A DNA stretch of 12,014 bases from Cyanobacteriota bacterium (GCA_046045965.1 JBJOKS010000063.1:1-12014), one strand, 5' to 3'. Numbered from the stretch's first letter, positions 1 through 8,686 are shown. Numbers and translations: made by a program. The notes: a model not told the origin generated them from the letters alone.

Positions 1-107
1 CAAACTATCAATAGGGGTTGAATCTCCCACATATCTTAGTAACTGTTAACTGTTAAAAGTTGACCGTAGATATTAATTGATTGATTTTTTTGAGGAGTGT
101 ACATCTC

Positions 108-854
108 ATGTCTAAAAACACCTTATCAGTTTCTTCCCTACCAATCAAGAACCTGGGAAAAATTCTCTATTCCACCTTATTAATATGTATGATATTTACC
201 TTACCAGCATCAGCCGAAGAAAAAGAAAAATTATGGCGCACTTTAACCGTTAGTGGACGTGGTGTAGAAACAATTGCTACCACCTTATCACAAGTTAGTT
301 TAGGTGTAGAAGTGCAAGGTAAAACAGCCCAAGAAGTACAAAAAGAAGCCGCCCGCAGGTCATCCGCTGTAGTAGACTTACTCAAAAGCCGGAATGTGCA
401 GAAATTAGAAACTACAGGCGTTCGTCTTAACCCAGTTTATAGTTATACCAACAATGTCCAAAAAATTACTGGTTATGCAGCCAGCAACACCGTCAGTTTT
501 CGCTTTCCCACCGATCAAGTCGGTTCATTATTAGATGAAGCGGTAAAAACCGGAGCAACACAAATTAATGGTATAAGTTTTGTAGCTACAGATGAAGCTA
601 TTAGCAACGCCCAAAAACAAGCTTTGAAAAAAGCCACCCAGGATGCCCAACAACAAGCTGATGCAGTTTTCAGCACCTTGGGCTTACAACCAAAAGAAAT
701 AGTCAGTATTCAAATAAATGGTGCAACTCCACCACCACCTCCAATGCTACAACGGGTTGAAATTGCCAAAGCAAACCTCGCAGATGCTTCTACCCCCATA
801 GTCGGTGGTGAACAGGAAGTACAAGCATCAGTCACCCTGCAAATTAGTTATTAG
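108..854 (+). CDS. SIMPL (DUF541) domain protein, probably exported
   Basis: Hydrophobic N-terminal segment ending LPASA (signal-peptide-like), followed by RTLTVSGRG, 'GYAASNTVSF', 'GATQINGISF' and C-terminal 'GEQEVQASVTLQISY', typical of SIMPL proteins. ATG at 108 preferred over TTG at 81 because GAGGAG lies at 92-97. Confidence 0.88.
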   Translation: MSKNTLSVSSLPIKNLGKILYSTLLICMIFTLPASAEEKEKLWRTLTVSGRGVETIATTLSQVSLGVEVQGKTAQEVQKEAARRSSAVVDLLKSRNVQKLETTGVRLNPVYSYTNNVQKITGYAASNTVSFRFPTDQVGSLLDEAVKTGATQINGISFVATDEAISNAQKQALKKATQDAQQQADAVFSTLGLQPKEIVSIQINGATPPPPPMLQRVEIAKANLADASTPIVGGEQEVQASVTLQISY

Positions 855-942
855 GAACAGGGAACAGGGAATTGGTAATTGGTAATTGGTAATTGTGGGT
901 TATTCATCCTCCCAGTCCCCAGTCCCCAGTCCCCAGTCCCCA
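854..942. repeat. STRR-type heptamer repeat cluster between convergent genes; likely terminator region
   Basis: (GGAACAG)x2 at 854-867, (AATTGGT)x3 plus a partial unit at 870-895, then (CCCCAGT)x~4.5 at 911-942. CCCCAGT is the STRR1 unit of heterocystous cyanobacteria. Confidence 0.9.
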
Positions 943-948
943 AAATAA

Positions 949-1311
949 CTAGAAATTCTCTGGAGACATATCCCCCATAGCACCCTCAGCATCACGCTTA
1001 GAACCGAGCAACTCTAGCTGTTCTACGTGAATAACTGGTTTAGTACGGTTAGCACCCGTTTGGCGATCGCTCCAAGTGTCAAACTTCAGATAACCTTTAA
1101 CCCCAATTAAACTGCCTTTTCGCACATAATTACCCGCAACTTCCGCCGTTTTTCCCCAAAGTTCCAAATTAAACCAGTCTGGTTGATCATTATTGCGAGT
1201 TCTTCTATTTACTGCTAGTGTTAACTGACATTTCACCGTTCCCGACTCAAAATACTTTATATCCGGGTCGCCGCCTACACGTCCAACAAGAGTGACAACA
1301 TTAATGCTCAT
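949..1311 (-). CDS. ssb: Single-stranded DNA-binding protein (short cyanobacterial type)
   Basis: OB-fold SSB motifs: NVVTLVGRVGGDP, WFNLELWGKTAE, YVRKGSLIGVKG; short acidic tail ending PENF. Confidence 0.96.
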   Translation of the reverse strand: MSINVVTLVGRVGGDPDIKYFESGTVKCQLTLAVNRRTRNNDQPDWFNLELWGKTAEVAGNYVRKGSLIGVKGYLKFDTWSDRQTGANRTKPVIHVEQLELLGSKRDAEGAMGDMSPENF

Positions 1312-1336
1312 GGGTGTTACCTTGGTCTTAAATTAA

Positions 1337-1350
1337 AGTACAAATGTACT
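1337..1350. promoter_or_regulatory. Cyanobacterial LexA (SOS) box upstream of ssb
   Basis: AGTAC-AAAT-GTACT, a palindrome matching the cyanobacterial LexA consensus RGTAC-NNN-DGTWCB, 26 bp upstream of the ssb start codon. Confidence 0.85.
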
Positions 1351-1534
1351 TATTGATTTTTATCCTATAATAACTAATTGTAAAAACCTTTAAAATATGT
1401 TAAGTAATTAACCATAATATATATTAATTTTTGCAGATGCTTTAAAAATTACTTGTCAACCTTGCCAAAATTATACGGTTATACTGAGTAACTTGAGAAG
1501 AGAGAAAATAAGATGCCTGAAACAGCCATCAACA

Positions 1535-1563
1535 TTGACAAAAATTATAGAAAAAAATAGTCT
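1535..1563 (+). promoter_or_regulatory. Sigma70-type promoter for mreB
   Basis: TTGACA (1535-1540), 17-bp spacer, TAGTCT (1558-1563). An AGGGGG RBS-like sequence precedes the GTG at 1662. Confidence 0.6.
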
Positions 1564-1661
1564 GATTGACTGGAGTCAGACCCAGAAACATCAGAAAATC
1601 CAGGACAATTAAATCTCACTCTTATCATCAAAAATTAGCACAATAGGGGGCATAGATACGC

Positions 1662-2705
1662 GTGGGTCTTTTTAGGAACTTTCGCTCATCATGGGATATG
1701 GGTATCGACCTCGGTACAGCCAACACCCTAGTTTATGTATCTGGTAAAGGTATTGTACTCCAAGAACCTTCAGTAGTAGCCATAGATCAAAATGAAAAAA
1801 TAGCACTAGCAGTAGGAGAAGATGCCAAAAAAATGCTCGGTCGGACACCCGGTAATGTCATAGCAGTCCGCCCCCTGCGTGATGGTGTGATTGCTGATTT
1901 CGACACTGCCGAACTCATGCTAAAAAGCTTCATTCAGCGAGTAAATGAGGGTAGATCCCTAATTTTACCACGGATTGTCATAGGTATTCCCAGTGGCGTG
2001 ACAGGGGTAGAAAGACGAGCAGTCATGGATGCAGCCACCCAAGCCGGGGCTAGAGAAGTATATTTAATTGATGAGCCAGTAGCAGCAGCAATTGGTGCGG
2101 GCTTACCAGTAGCCGAACCCACCGGTAACATGATCATTGATATTGGTGGTGGCACAACAGAAGTAGCCGTACTCAGTCTCCAAGGAACAGTAATCAGCGA
2201 ATCAGTACGTATAGCAGGAGATGAATTAACAGAAGCAATTATCCATTACATGAAAAAAGTTCATAACCTAGTAATTGGCGAAAGAACAGCGGAAGACATC
2301 AAAATTCGCATTGGTTCAGCCTATCCCACCAATGATGATAGTGAAGCTATCATGGAAGTAAGGGGATTGCACCTGCTTTCTGGATTGCCAAGAACAGTCA
2401 CCATCAAAGGTCCCGAAATTCGGGAAAGTATGCTGGAACCCCTATCAGTAATTATTGAAGCCGTAAAACGTACACTAGAACGCACTCCCCCAGAACTAGC
2501 AGCAGATATTATTGACAGAGGAATCATGTTAGCTGGTGGAGGCGCATTACTAAAAGGCATAGATACCTTAATTAGTCATGAAACAGGTATAGTCACACAT
2601 ATTGCCGCAGATCCTTTAAGTTGTGTTGTCCTGGGAACAGGTCGTGTACTAGAAAACTTCAAGCAGCTAGAACGGGTATTCAGCGGACGTTCTCGTAATA
2701 TGTAG
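1662..2705 (+). CDS. mreB: Rod shape-determining protein MreB
   Basis: GIDLGTANT, RPLRDGVIADF, IDIGGGTTEVA and LAGGGALL actin-like ATPase motifs; GTG start. Confidence 0.99.
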   Translation: MGLFRNFRSSWDMGIDLGTANTLVYVSGKGIVLQEPSVVAIDQNEKIALAVGEDAKKMLGRTPGNVIAVRPLRDGVIADFDTAELMLKSFIQRVNEGRSLILPRIVIGIPSGVTGVERRAVMDAATQAGAREVYLIDEPVAAAIGAGLPVAEPTGNMIIDIGGGTTEVAVLSLQGTVISESVRIAGDELTEAIIHYMKKVHNLVIGERTAEDIKIRIGSAYPTNDDSEAIMEVRGLHLLSGLPRTVTIKGPEIRESMLEPLSVIIEAVKRTLERTPPELAADIIDRGIMLAGGGALLKGIDTLISHETGIVTHIAADPLSCVVLGTGRVLENFKQLERVFSGRSRNM

Positions 2706-2716
2706 GCAAAAGCGTA

Positions 2717-2767
2717 AACCAGATAATGGATTCTGTATCTAGGAAATATGGTATCCATTATCTAGTT
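2717..2767 (+). terminator. Long stem-loop immediately after mreB (partial terminator or 3'-end stabiliser)
   Basis: AACCAGATAATGGATTCTGTAT (2717-2738) pairs with ATATGGTATCCATTATCTAGTT (2746-2767): 22-bp stem with 2 mismatches and 2 G-U pairs, 7-nt loop, no strong U-tract. Confidence 0.6.
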
Positions 2768-2872
2768 ATAGCAGCCAGCTTTTGAACACTCCTATCTGAT
2801 AGCGCAGCTTGACCCAAGCAATTCAGGATCTGAGTCTTGAAGATTTTCCTAATTACCCTGACAATTGCTCTA
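2767..2872. mobile_element. Degenerate MITE-like element (TATAGC...GCT(C)TA ends)
   Basis: Begins TATAGCAG and ends ATTGCTCTA. Its right end read on the minus strand (AGAGCAATTGTCAGGGTAATTAGGAAAATCTT) resembles the left end of the element at 8687 (ACAGCTATTGTCAGGTAAATTAACAACATCTT). Confidence 0.45.
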
Positions 2873-2905
2873 TCTCGATAATTTATTAAATATATACAGG
2901 TATAA

Positions 2906-3703
2906 ATGTTTACTTTACGCCGCTGGTGGGAAAATAAAGGATTACAAATAGGTTTGTTAGCTCTAGTCATTGGTAGTGCTTGGACACTGCGACAAACTCA
3001 AGCTGCCCTAGTGATGGAAATATATCAAGGTATTACCCGTCCTTTACAGACCTTACAACCACGAGTCACTCCCGAAGATCGTATTCGTGAAGCCCGATTC
3101 TTAGAATTACAAACCCGTATAGTTGAACTAGAAAGTCAAAATCAAAAACTACAAAGTTTATTAGGTTACGTAGAAAAAGAACCACTCTCAAACCGCCCAA
3201 TTATAGCCAGAGTAGTAGGGCGCAGTGCAGATCACTGGTGGCAACAAGTAACTTTAAATAGTGGCACAAAAGCAGGTATTCAAGAAGGTTTTGTTGTCAA
3301 AGCTGAAGGTGGCTTAGTGGGTTTAGTAGAAAGCGTCACTCCCAATACCAGCCGTGTCTTGTTAGTCAGCGATTTAAAAAGTCAAGTAGGTGTCACCATT
3401 AGCCGTACAGCCGCCAAAGGTGTTTTACGGGGTGATTCTTCCGGCGAAGGAGTGTTAGAGTTCTATGAAAAAGTCCCAAATGTGAAAGTGGGCGATTTAG
3501 TTTCTACGTCTACCTACAGTCAGAAGTTTCCCTCTGGAGTGCCAGTAGGAAGAATCAAGTCTCTTGATTTAAAGAAACTTCCAGCATCAGTAGCCAAAAT
3601 TGAATTATTCCCACCAATTCGTTATTTAGATTGGGTAACTGTATATCCTGGACCAGAAAACCTAGATTCGGAAAAACCAAATTTGGACAATCAAAAGCCA
3701 TAA
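2906..3703 (+). CDS. mreC: Rod shape-determining protein MreC
   Basis: N-terminal TM helix, coiled coil (LELQTRIVELESQNQKLQSLL), ARVVGRS, GLVGLV, FPSGVPVGRI; follows mreB. Confidence 0.96.
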   Translation: MFTLRRWWENKGLQIGLLALVIGSAWTLRQTQAALVMEIYQGITRPLQTLQPRVTPEDRIREARFLELQTRIVELESQNQKLQSLLGYVEKEPLSNRPIIARVVGRSADHWWQQVTLNSGTKAGIQEGFVVKAEGGLVGLVESVTPNTSRVLLVSDLKSQVGVTISRTAAKGVLRGDSSGEGVLEFYEKVPNVKVGDLVSTSTYSQKFPSGVPVGRIKSLDLKKLPASVAKIELFPPIRYLDWVTVYPGPENLDSEKPNLDNQKP

Positions 3704-3738
3704 AATTGCCATTAGATTCTTAAAAATTTGACAAAACC

Positions 3739-4377
3739 ATGAAAATTCCTGGATTTCCTGGCAACAAAAGCAAGAAAGCAAAAACGCCAGACCGCAAATC
3801 CAAATCCTTGATTCCCCAGTTGACGCATTGGCATCCTTGGTTGCGTCAAGTTATGGATTGGATAGTCACATCTGGATCGGTACTGTTATGTTTACTAATG
3901 TTGCCAACTCGATTCCCAGGCATGGAATTATTGGGCATTGCACCTAACTGGTTACTAATTTGGGTGGTAGCTTGGAGTGTAAAACGCTCTATACTTGCAG
4001 GTGCAGTGGCAGGTATTATTTTAGGTCTGCTGCAAGATGCTATGACAGCCCCTAACCCTACCCATGCCGTGAGCTTAGGAATCGTAGGAATGCTAACAAG
4101 CCTCATTCAAAAGCAGCGTTTTATCCAAGAAGACTTTATATCTATTGCTTTAATTGTCTTTGGCATGGCAATTTTATCAGATACTATCTTTGCCATGCAA
4201 TTGTCTTTAATGGGTGGTAACTGTGGCGAGCAATGTTTTCGCAAAGTTGAAGACATTTGGACTTACTACCATCGTGTTGCCTTAGCTTCGGCAATTCTTA
4301 GTAGTTTATGGGCCCCTGTACTTTATTATCCCCTAAATCGCTGGTGGCAACAGATGAAATTAATTCATAATTCATAA
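3739..4377 (+). CDS. mreD: Rod shape-determining protein MreD
   Basis: Multi-TM protein with PNWLLIWVVAWS and GIILGLLQD motifs, directly after mreC. Confidence 0.93.
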   Translation: MKIPGFPGNKSKKAKTPDRKSKSLIPQLTHWHPWLRQVMDWIVTSGSVLLCLLMLPTRFPGMELLGIAPNWLLIWVVAWSVKRSILAGAVAGIILGLLQDAMTAPNPTHAVSLGIVGMLTSLIQKQRFIQEDFISIALIVFGMAILSDTIFAMQLSLMGGNCGEQCFRKVEDIWTYYHRVALASAILSSLWAPVLYYPLNRWWQQMKLIHNS

Positions 4378-4395
4378 TTCATAATTCATAATTCG
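4361..4395. repeat. Heptamer tandem repeat (TAATTCA)x4 plus TAATTCG overlapping the mreD stop
   Basis: Units at 4361, 4368, 4375, 4382 and 4389; encodes the last mreD codons (IHNS*). Confidence 0.9.
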
Positions 4396-4398
4396 CAG

Positions 4399-5538
4399 GT
4401 GGAAAATAGGATGTTAAGCCCAGTAACAATATCCTCAAATATGATAGGCAGTGAATTTGACTCCCTGATGATGCAACGGTGTTTGCAACTAGCCCGACGT
4501 GCTTTGGGACGCACTTCACCAAATCCATTAGTGGGGGCTGTGATTGTTAAAAATGGGCAAATTGTGGGAGAGGGGTTCCATCCCCGTGCAGGTGAACCTC
4601 ATGCCGAAGTTTTTGCCCTCAAAGCAGCAGCAGAAAAGGCTCGTGGAGCTACTATTTATGTCAGCCTAGAACCCTGTAACCACTACGGACGCACTCCCCC
4701 CTGTTCAGAAGCCTTGATAGCTGCTGGTGTATCTAAGGTAGTTGTGGGGATGGTTGATCCTAACCCCTTGGTAGCTGGTGGTGGTATTGCTCGTTTACGC
4801 GCAGCGGGAATAGAAGTCCTGGTAGGAGTGGAAGAAGCAGCTTGTCAGCAACTAAATGAAGGTTTTATCCATCGCATTCTCCACAAGCGACCTTTGGGAA
4901 TTTTGAAATATGCTATGACCTTAGATGGCAAAATTGCTACTAATTCCGGTCATAGTGCTTGGATCACAAATCCAGATGCCCGCAGCGAAGTACATCAACT
5001 CAGGGCAGCTTGTGATGCTGTCATTGTTGGTGGAAATACAGTTAGACAGGATAATCCCTACCTCACAACTCATCAGCAGGAAGGACATAATCCTCTGCGG
5101 GTGGTGATGAGTCGCAGCCTGAATTTGCCAGAAAATGCTCGTCTGTGGGAAGTTGTGGAAGCTCCTACTTTGGTGTTAACTCAAGTAGGCAGTTCGCCAG
5201 ATTTTCAAAAGATGTTGCTTAACAAGGGTGTGGAAGTGCAGGAATTTCCGTTACTTACACCAGATCATGTTATGGCTCATCTATATGAGCGCGGTTTTTG
5301 TAGCGTGCTATGGGAATGCGGTGGTACTTTAGCAGCAAGTGCGATCGCTCAAAATGCAGTTCAAAAAATCCTGGCCTTTATCGCTCCCAAAATCATTGGT
5401 GGTACTCATGCTCCTACACCCGTAGGTGACTTAGGTTTTACCTCTATGACCGAAGCTTTGTCTTTAGAACGTGTTCATTGGCGTGTCGTCGGTTCTGACT
5501 GTTTAGTTGAAGGTTATTTACCACAAAAAAGTCATTAG
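4399..5538 (+). CDS. ribD: Bifunctional diaminohydroxyphosphoribosylaminopyrimidine deaminase / reductase
   Basis: TSPNPLVGAV, HAE and LEPCNHYGRTPPC zinc-deaminase motifs; KYAMTLDGKIA, DNPYLT and WECGGTL reductase motifs. Exact start uncertain (GTG 4399 or a downstream ATG). Confidence 0.97.
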   Translation: MENRMLSPVTISSNMIGSEFDSLMMQRCLQLARRALGRTSPNPLVGAVIVKNGQIVGEGFHPRAGEPHAEVFALKAAAEKARGATIYVSLEPCNHYGRTPPCSEALIAAGVSKVVVGMVDPNPLVAGGGIARLRAAGIEVLVGVEEAACQQLNEGFIHRILHKRPLGILKYAMTLDGKIATNSGHSAWITNPDARSEVHQLRAACDAVIVGGNTVRQDNPYLTTHQQEGHNPLRVVMSRSLNLPENARLWEVVEAPTLVLTQVGSSPDFQKMLLNKGVEVQEFPLLTPDHVMAHLYERGFCSVLWECGGTLAASAIAQNAVQKILAFIAPKIIGGTHAPTPVGDLGFTSMTEALSLERVHWRVVGSDCLVEGYLPQKSH

Positions 5539-5667
5539 TCATTAGTCATTAGTCATTAGTCATTAGTCATTAGTCATTGGTAATTGGGTTATTAACCTCC
5601 CCTGCTTCCCCTGCTTCCCCTGCTTCTTTCCCAATACCCAGTCCCCAGTAAAGAGTCCCCAGTCCCC
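5531..5667. repeat. Composite STRR cluster between convergent genes
   Basis: (GTCATTA)x6 plus GTCATTG and GTAATTG at 5531-5586, (CCCCTGCTT)x3 at 5599-5625, degenerate CCCCAGT units at 5630-5667. Confidence 0.92.
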
Positions 5668-5673
5668 AAGACC

Positions 5674-5892
5674 CTATGACTGTTGCCGTTCATAAGCAAG
5701 ATCGCGGATCAGGCTGAGGCGATCGCGGATATAGTCACAAAGAAAATCAGTTTCATCAGGATCTAATAAGGCTTGTTTTGTGGTTTGTTTGGCTAACCAC
5801 TGTACCAAGCTTGCATCGTCCAGCTGCAAAAGGGTTACTGTTTGAGCGGCTTCAACTATAGACCAAAGCTGACGCATAATTGTAGGAGTCAT
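5674..5892 (-). CDS. Small hypothetical protein (72 aa), conserved-cyanobacterial type
   Basis: Amphipathic helical sequence MTPTIMRQLWSIVE...LLQLDDASLVQWL...YIRDRLSLIRDLA; GAGG upstream on the minus strand; fills the gap without overlapping other genes. Confidence 0.8.
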   Translation of the reverse strand: MTPTIMRQLWSIVEAAQTVTLLQLDDASLVQWLAKQTTKQALLDPDETDFLCDYIRDRLSLIRDLAYERQQS

Positions 5893-6481
5893 TAGACCTC
5901 TATTAAATTATTAGCTTAGTTGTTTCCAGATTACACAATTTTGATATTAGCTGAGGACATAAATGTACAAGTTGAGATAACTATTATCAAAGGCTTAACA
6001 AACTGATTTATATCTTGATAAAGTTTAAGATTTAGCAACTATTATGAATTAACTTAATAAAAGTTAATTTAAGTTAGAAAAGCCTTGGAGTTATCAGATT
6101 TAAAACCTTACAGTATCTAATTATAGTCTTTGATATACCTACTTAAATCAAGTTGCAATCAAGAGTTATATCGGCTATGTTGTCAACATTAAACTGTTTT
6201 AGCCAAAATTCACCAGAGTAAAACTACTGTAAATACCAACTCATGTCCAGATTTTTGGTGTTAAAAAGCTTTTTTATTTAAGTGAAATTACGCAAAAGAA
6301 GCGAATAGCAAAGTAGAAATCTAGCCATATTTATGGTGATATTCATCTCAGTTTAGACTCACGTACTTAATAATAAATCTTATTGTTCACAAATAATATC
6401 AAATCATAACTATGATTAGAGAATTAATATCATAACTTCGCTGCTGATCATTATTTCATTTCTATCGGCAGTTTTCTACTA

Positions 6482-8653
6482 ATGAGTGCAATGGTTGAGT
6501 CTGACAACAGCTTGAACAACCTTGAGGAAATTTGCTCAACTTTAGAGCAGATGGAAATTAGTGCGATCGCTAATTGTTGCTATAACAGTCAATATGGCAA
6601 ACTTCTCCCAGATGCTTTTTACATTCATATTTTGGCACTGCATACCCTTGATATTCAACTTCAGCAGTATGAAAGTTTAGCTCGCAGTGTTGCACCCCAA
6701 GCTGAAAAAGCCACCTTAGTCAAATTTAGCACTAATAAACATAAAATTTCCTACTTATTTTATCCTGATTTTGATACCGACCCTCACCCCGCTTTACATT
6801 CTAGTATTCAAGTTGATGTAGAAAATCTTACTTTTAATTTTAGAGATTATACAGATACAGATAATCCGCCTATTCTCCATCGCAAAGAAACCTTTGTTAC
6901 TCCTGAATATCCCTTTTATGAAGAGTTTGCAGCTTTAACCCGCGATCAAGAAGCGATAGGTTTATTAAATAATACCAGAGGTATTGGGACAAGGTTGGGT
7001 TGGGAAGAAAGGTTAAAAAGATACGGAGTAGAAATACAGGGACATACCTTAATTAAAAAACAAACTAATATTAATGCAGAAGATTTAATACCCAAAATAG
7101 AAAGACACAAAGCTGCTATAATTCGTCATGACTTTTCTAGACCTGTACGTTTAGCTTTAGATGCAGGTTTGTTTTGTCCAGAAACCACCTTTTTTGACTA
7201 TGGTTGTGGACATGGTGGGGATATGAACCGCATCGCTGAACATGGTTATATCAGTAACGGTTGGGACCCTTATTATTTACCGGATGCTCCCCGTATACCT
7301 GCGGATGTTGTCAATATTGGTTTTGTGATTAATGTAATTGAAGATCAAGGAGAACGTCGGGAAGCATTAATAAAAGCTTGGGAACTGACGCAAAAAGTTC
7401 TTTTGGTATCTGCTCAAGTGTTAATATCTGACTCTAAAAAAGGGGTGATGGCCTATGGTGATGGTGTGATTACTAGACGTAACACATTTCAGAAATATTA
7501 TGAACAAGAAGAATTAAAAGTTTACATTGATCAAGTTTTAGAAGTTGATAGTATTCCCATCGCGTTGGGGGTGTATTTTGTTTTTAGAGATCCTGCGGAA
7601 ACCGAATTATTTCGCGCTTCTCGTTATCGTTCTCGCGCTACTACTCCTAAAGTGAGAGCTTGTATTCAAAAGTTTGAAGAACATCGAGAATTGTTAACAC
7701 CGTTAATGGATTTTATGACGGAACGGGGTAGAATACCTGGTAAGGGGGAGTTAGCGCAAGAAGAGGAAATTTGTCAACATTTTAGTAGTTTAAGACGAGC
7801 TTTTCAAGTGATTATTAAAGCTACAGACTCAGAAGAATGGGAAGAAATTGCAGATAAACGTCGTCAAGATTTATTGGTTTACTTAGCATTAACAAAATTC
7901 AGTCATCGTCCTAGATTATCACAACTACCGCCGTCAGTTCAAGAGGATGTTTTAGGATTATATAGTAGTTATAAACAGGCTTGTTTAGATGCAGACCAAA
8001 TGTTAAGGAGTGTGGGAAATACAGAGTTAATTGTGAAACGTTGTCAGGAAAGTAAAATAGGTAAAAAATTACCTAATTCTTTGTGGGTGCATATTTCTGC
8101 ATTACAAGCACTTGATCCTCTATTACGATTATATGAAGGTTGCGCTAGTCGGACAATTGGTAGGTTAGAAGAAGCTAATGTGATTAAATTTCATTTGCAA
8201 ACACCAAAGATTTCTTATTTATTTTATCCTGACTTTGATCATGAACCTCACCCGACATTATATAGATCAATGAAAATTGATTTACGGGATTTGAACGTTA
8301 CCTATAGAGAATATGATATTGATGATGATCCGCCGATTTTACATCAGTTAGAAACTCTAGTAACTCCTGATTATCCTTTGTATGATAAGTTGGTGAAATT
8401 AACGATTCAGGAAGAAGAGAGAGGACTATTTGAAAATTGGCAAAGTATTAGTCATCTTTCAGGGTGGCAGAAATGTTTAAAGGAACATTTTACTGTGATT
8501 AAAGGATATAAATTACATTGGAGCAAGGATGCTGATCCTTATAAGTTGAAGTTGTTTAAAAATGCGATGATTAATCGGAAGAAGGAGAGAGAAAAGGTGA
8601 TGGAAGTGGTGGAAAATGGTGATGTTGTGGGGATAGATGGTGAGGAGAATTAG
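6482..8653 (+). CDS. DNA phosphorothioation-associated putative methyltransferase family protein (TIGR04096-like)
   Basis: IERHKAAIIR, SAM-binding motif I FFDYGCGHGGD, GWDPYY, VVNIGFVINVIE, GDGVITRRNTFQKYY, and two copies of KISYLFYPDFDxxPHPxL...PPILH. Start may be a downstream ATG (6491 or 6551). Confidence 0.82.
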   Translation: MSAMVESDNSLNNLEEICSTLEQMEISAIANCCYNSQYGKLLPDAFYIHILALHTLDIQLQQYESLARSVAPQAEKATLVKFSTNKHKISYLFYPDFDTDPHPALHSSIQVDVENLTFNFRDYTDTDNPPILHRKETFVTPEYPFYEEFAALTRDQEAIGLLNNTRGIGTRLGWEERLKRYGVEIQGHTLIKKQTNINAEDLIPKIERHKAAIIRHDFSRPVRLALDAGLFCPETTFFDYGCGHGGDMNRIAEHGYISNGWDPYYLPDAPRIPADVVNIGFVINVIEDQGERREALIKAWELTQKVLLVSAQVLISDSKKGVMAYGDGVITRRNTFQKYYEQEELKVYIDQVLEVDSIPIALGVYFVFRDPAETELFRASRYRSRATTPKVRACIQKFEEHRELLTPLMDFMTERGRIPGKGELAQEEEICQHFSSLRRAFQVIIKATDSEEWEEIADKRRQDLLVYLALTKFSHRPRLSQLPPSVQEDVLGLYSSYKQACLDADQMLRSVGNTELIVKRCQESKIGKKLPNSLWVHISALQALDPLLRLYEGCASRTIGRLEEANVIKFHLQTPKISYLFYPDFDHEPHPTLYRSMKIDLRDLNVTYREYDIDDDPPILHQLETLVTPDYPLYDKLVKLTIQEEERGLFENWQSISHLSGWQKCLKEHFTVIKGYKLHWSKDADPYKLKLFKNAMINRKKEREKVMEVVENGDVVGIDGEEN

Positions 8654-8686
8654 TTGTTGTTGTAGGGTGTATTATGGTATTTTTTC

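Noticed and set aside
81..107. TTG start for the SIMPL gene
   Set aside because: The GAGGAG RBS at 92-97 favours ATG at 108.
167..385. 72-aa minus-strand ORF
   Set aside because: Antisense inside the SIMPL gene; no recognisable motifs.
1454..1459. Minus-strand TTGACA as ssb -35 element
   Set aside because: No TAnnnT -10 hexamer at 17-bp spacing.
1934..2970. Minus-strand ORFs 1934-2155, 2321-2560, 2576-2758 and 2758-2970
   Set aside because: Antisense to mreB/mreC or spanning the hairpin and MITE-like spacer; no protein-like features.
3846..5107. ORFs 3846-4106 (-) and 4925-5107 (+)
   Set aside because: Nested in mreD (antisense) and ribD (alternate frame); no independent support.
5893..6481. 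NtcA or LexA site upstream of the methyltransferase
   Set aside because: Manual scan found no full GTA-N8-TAC or GTAC-N4-GTWC match.
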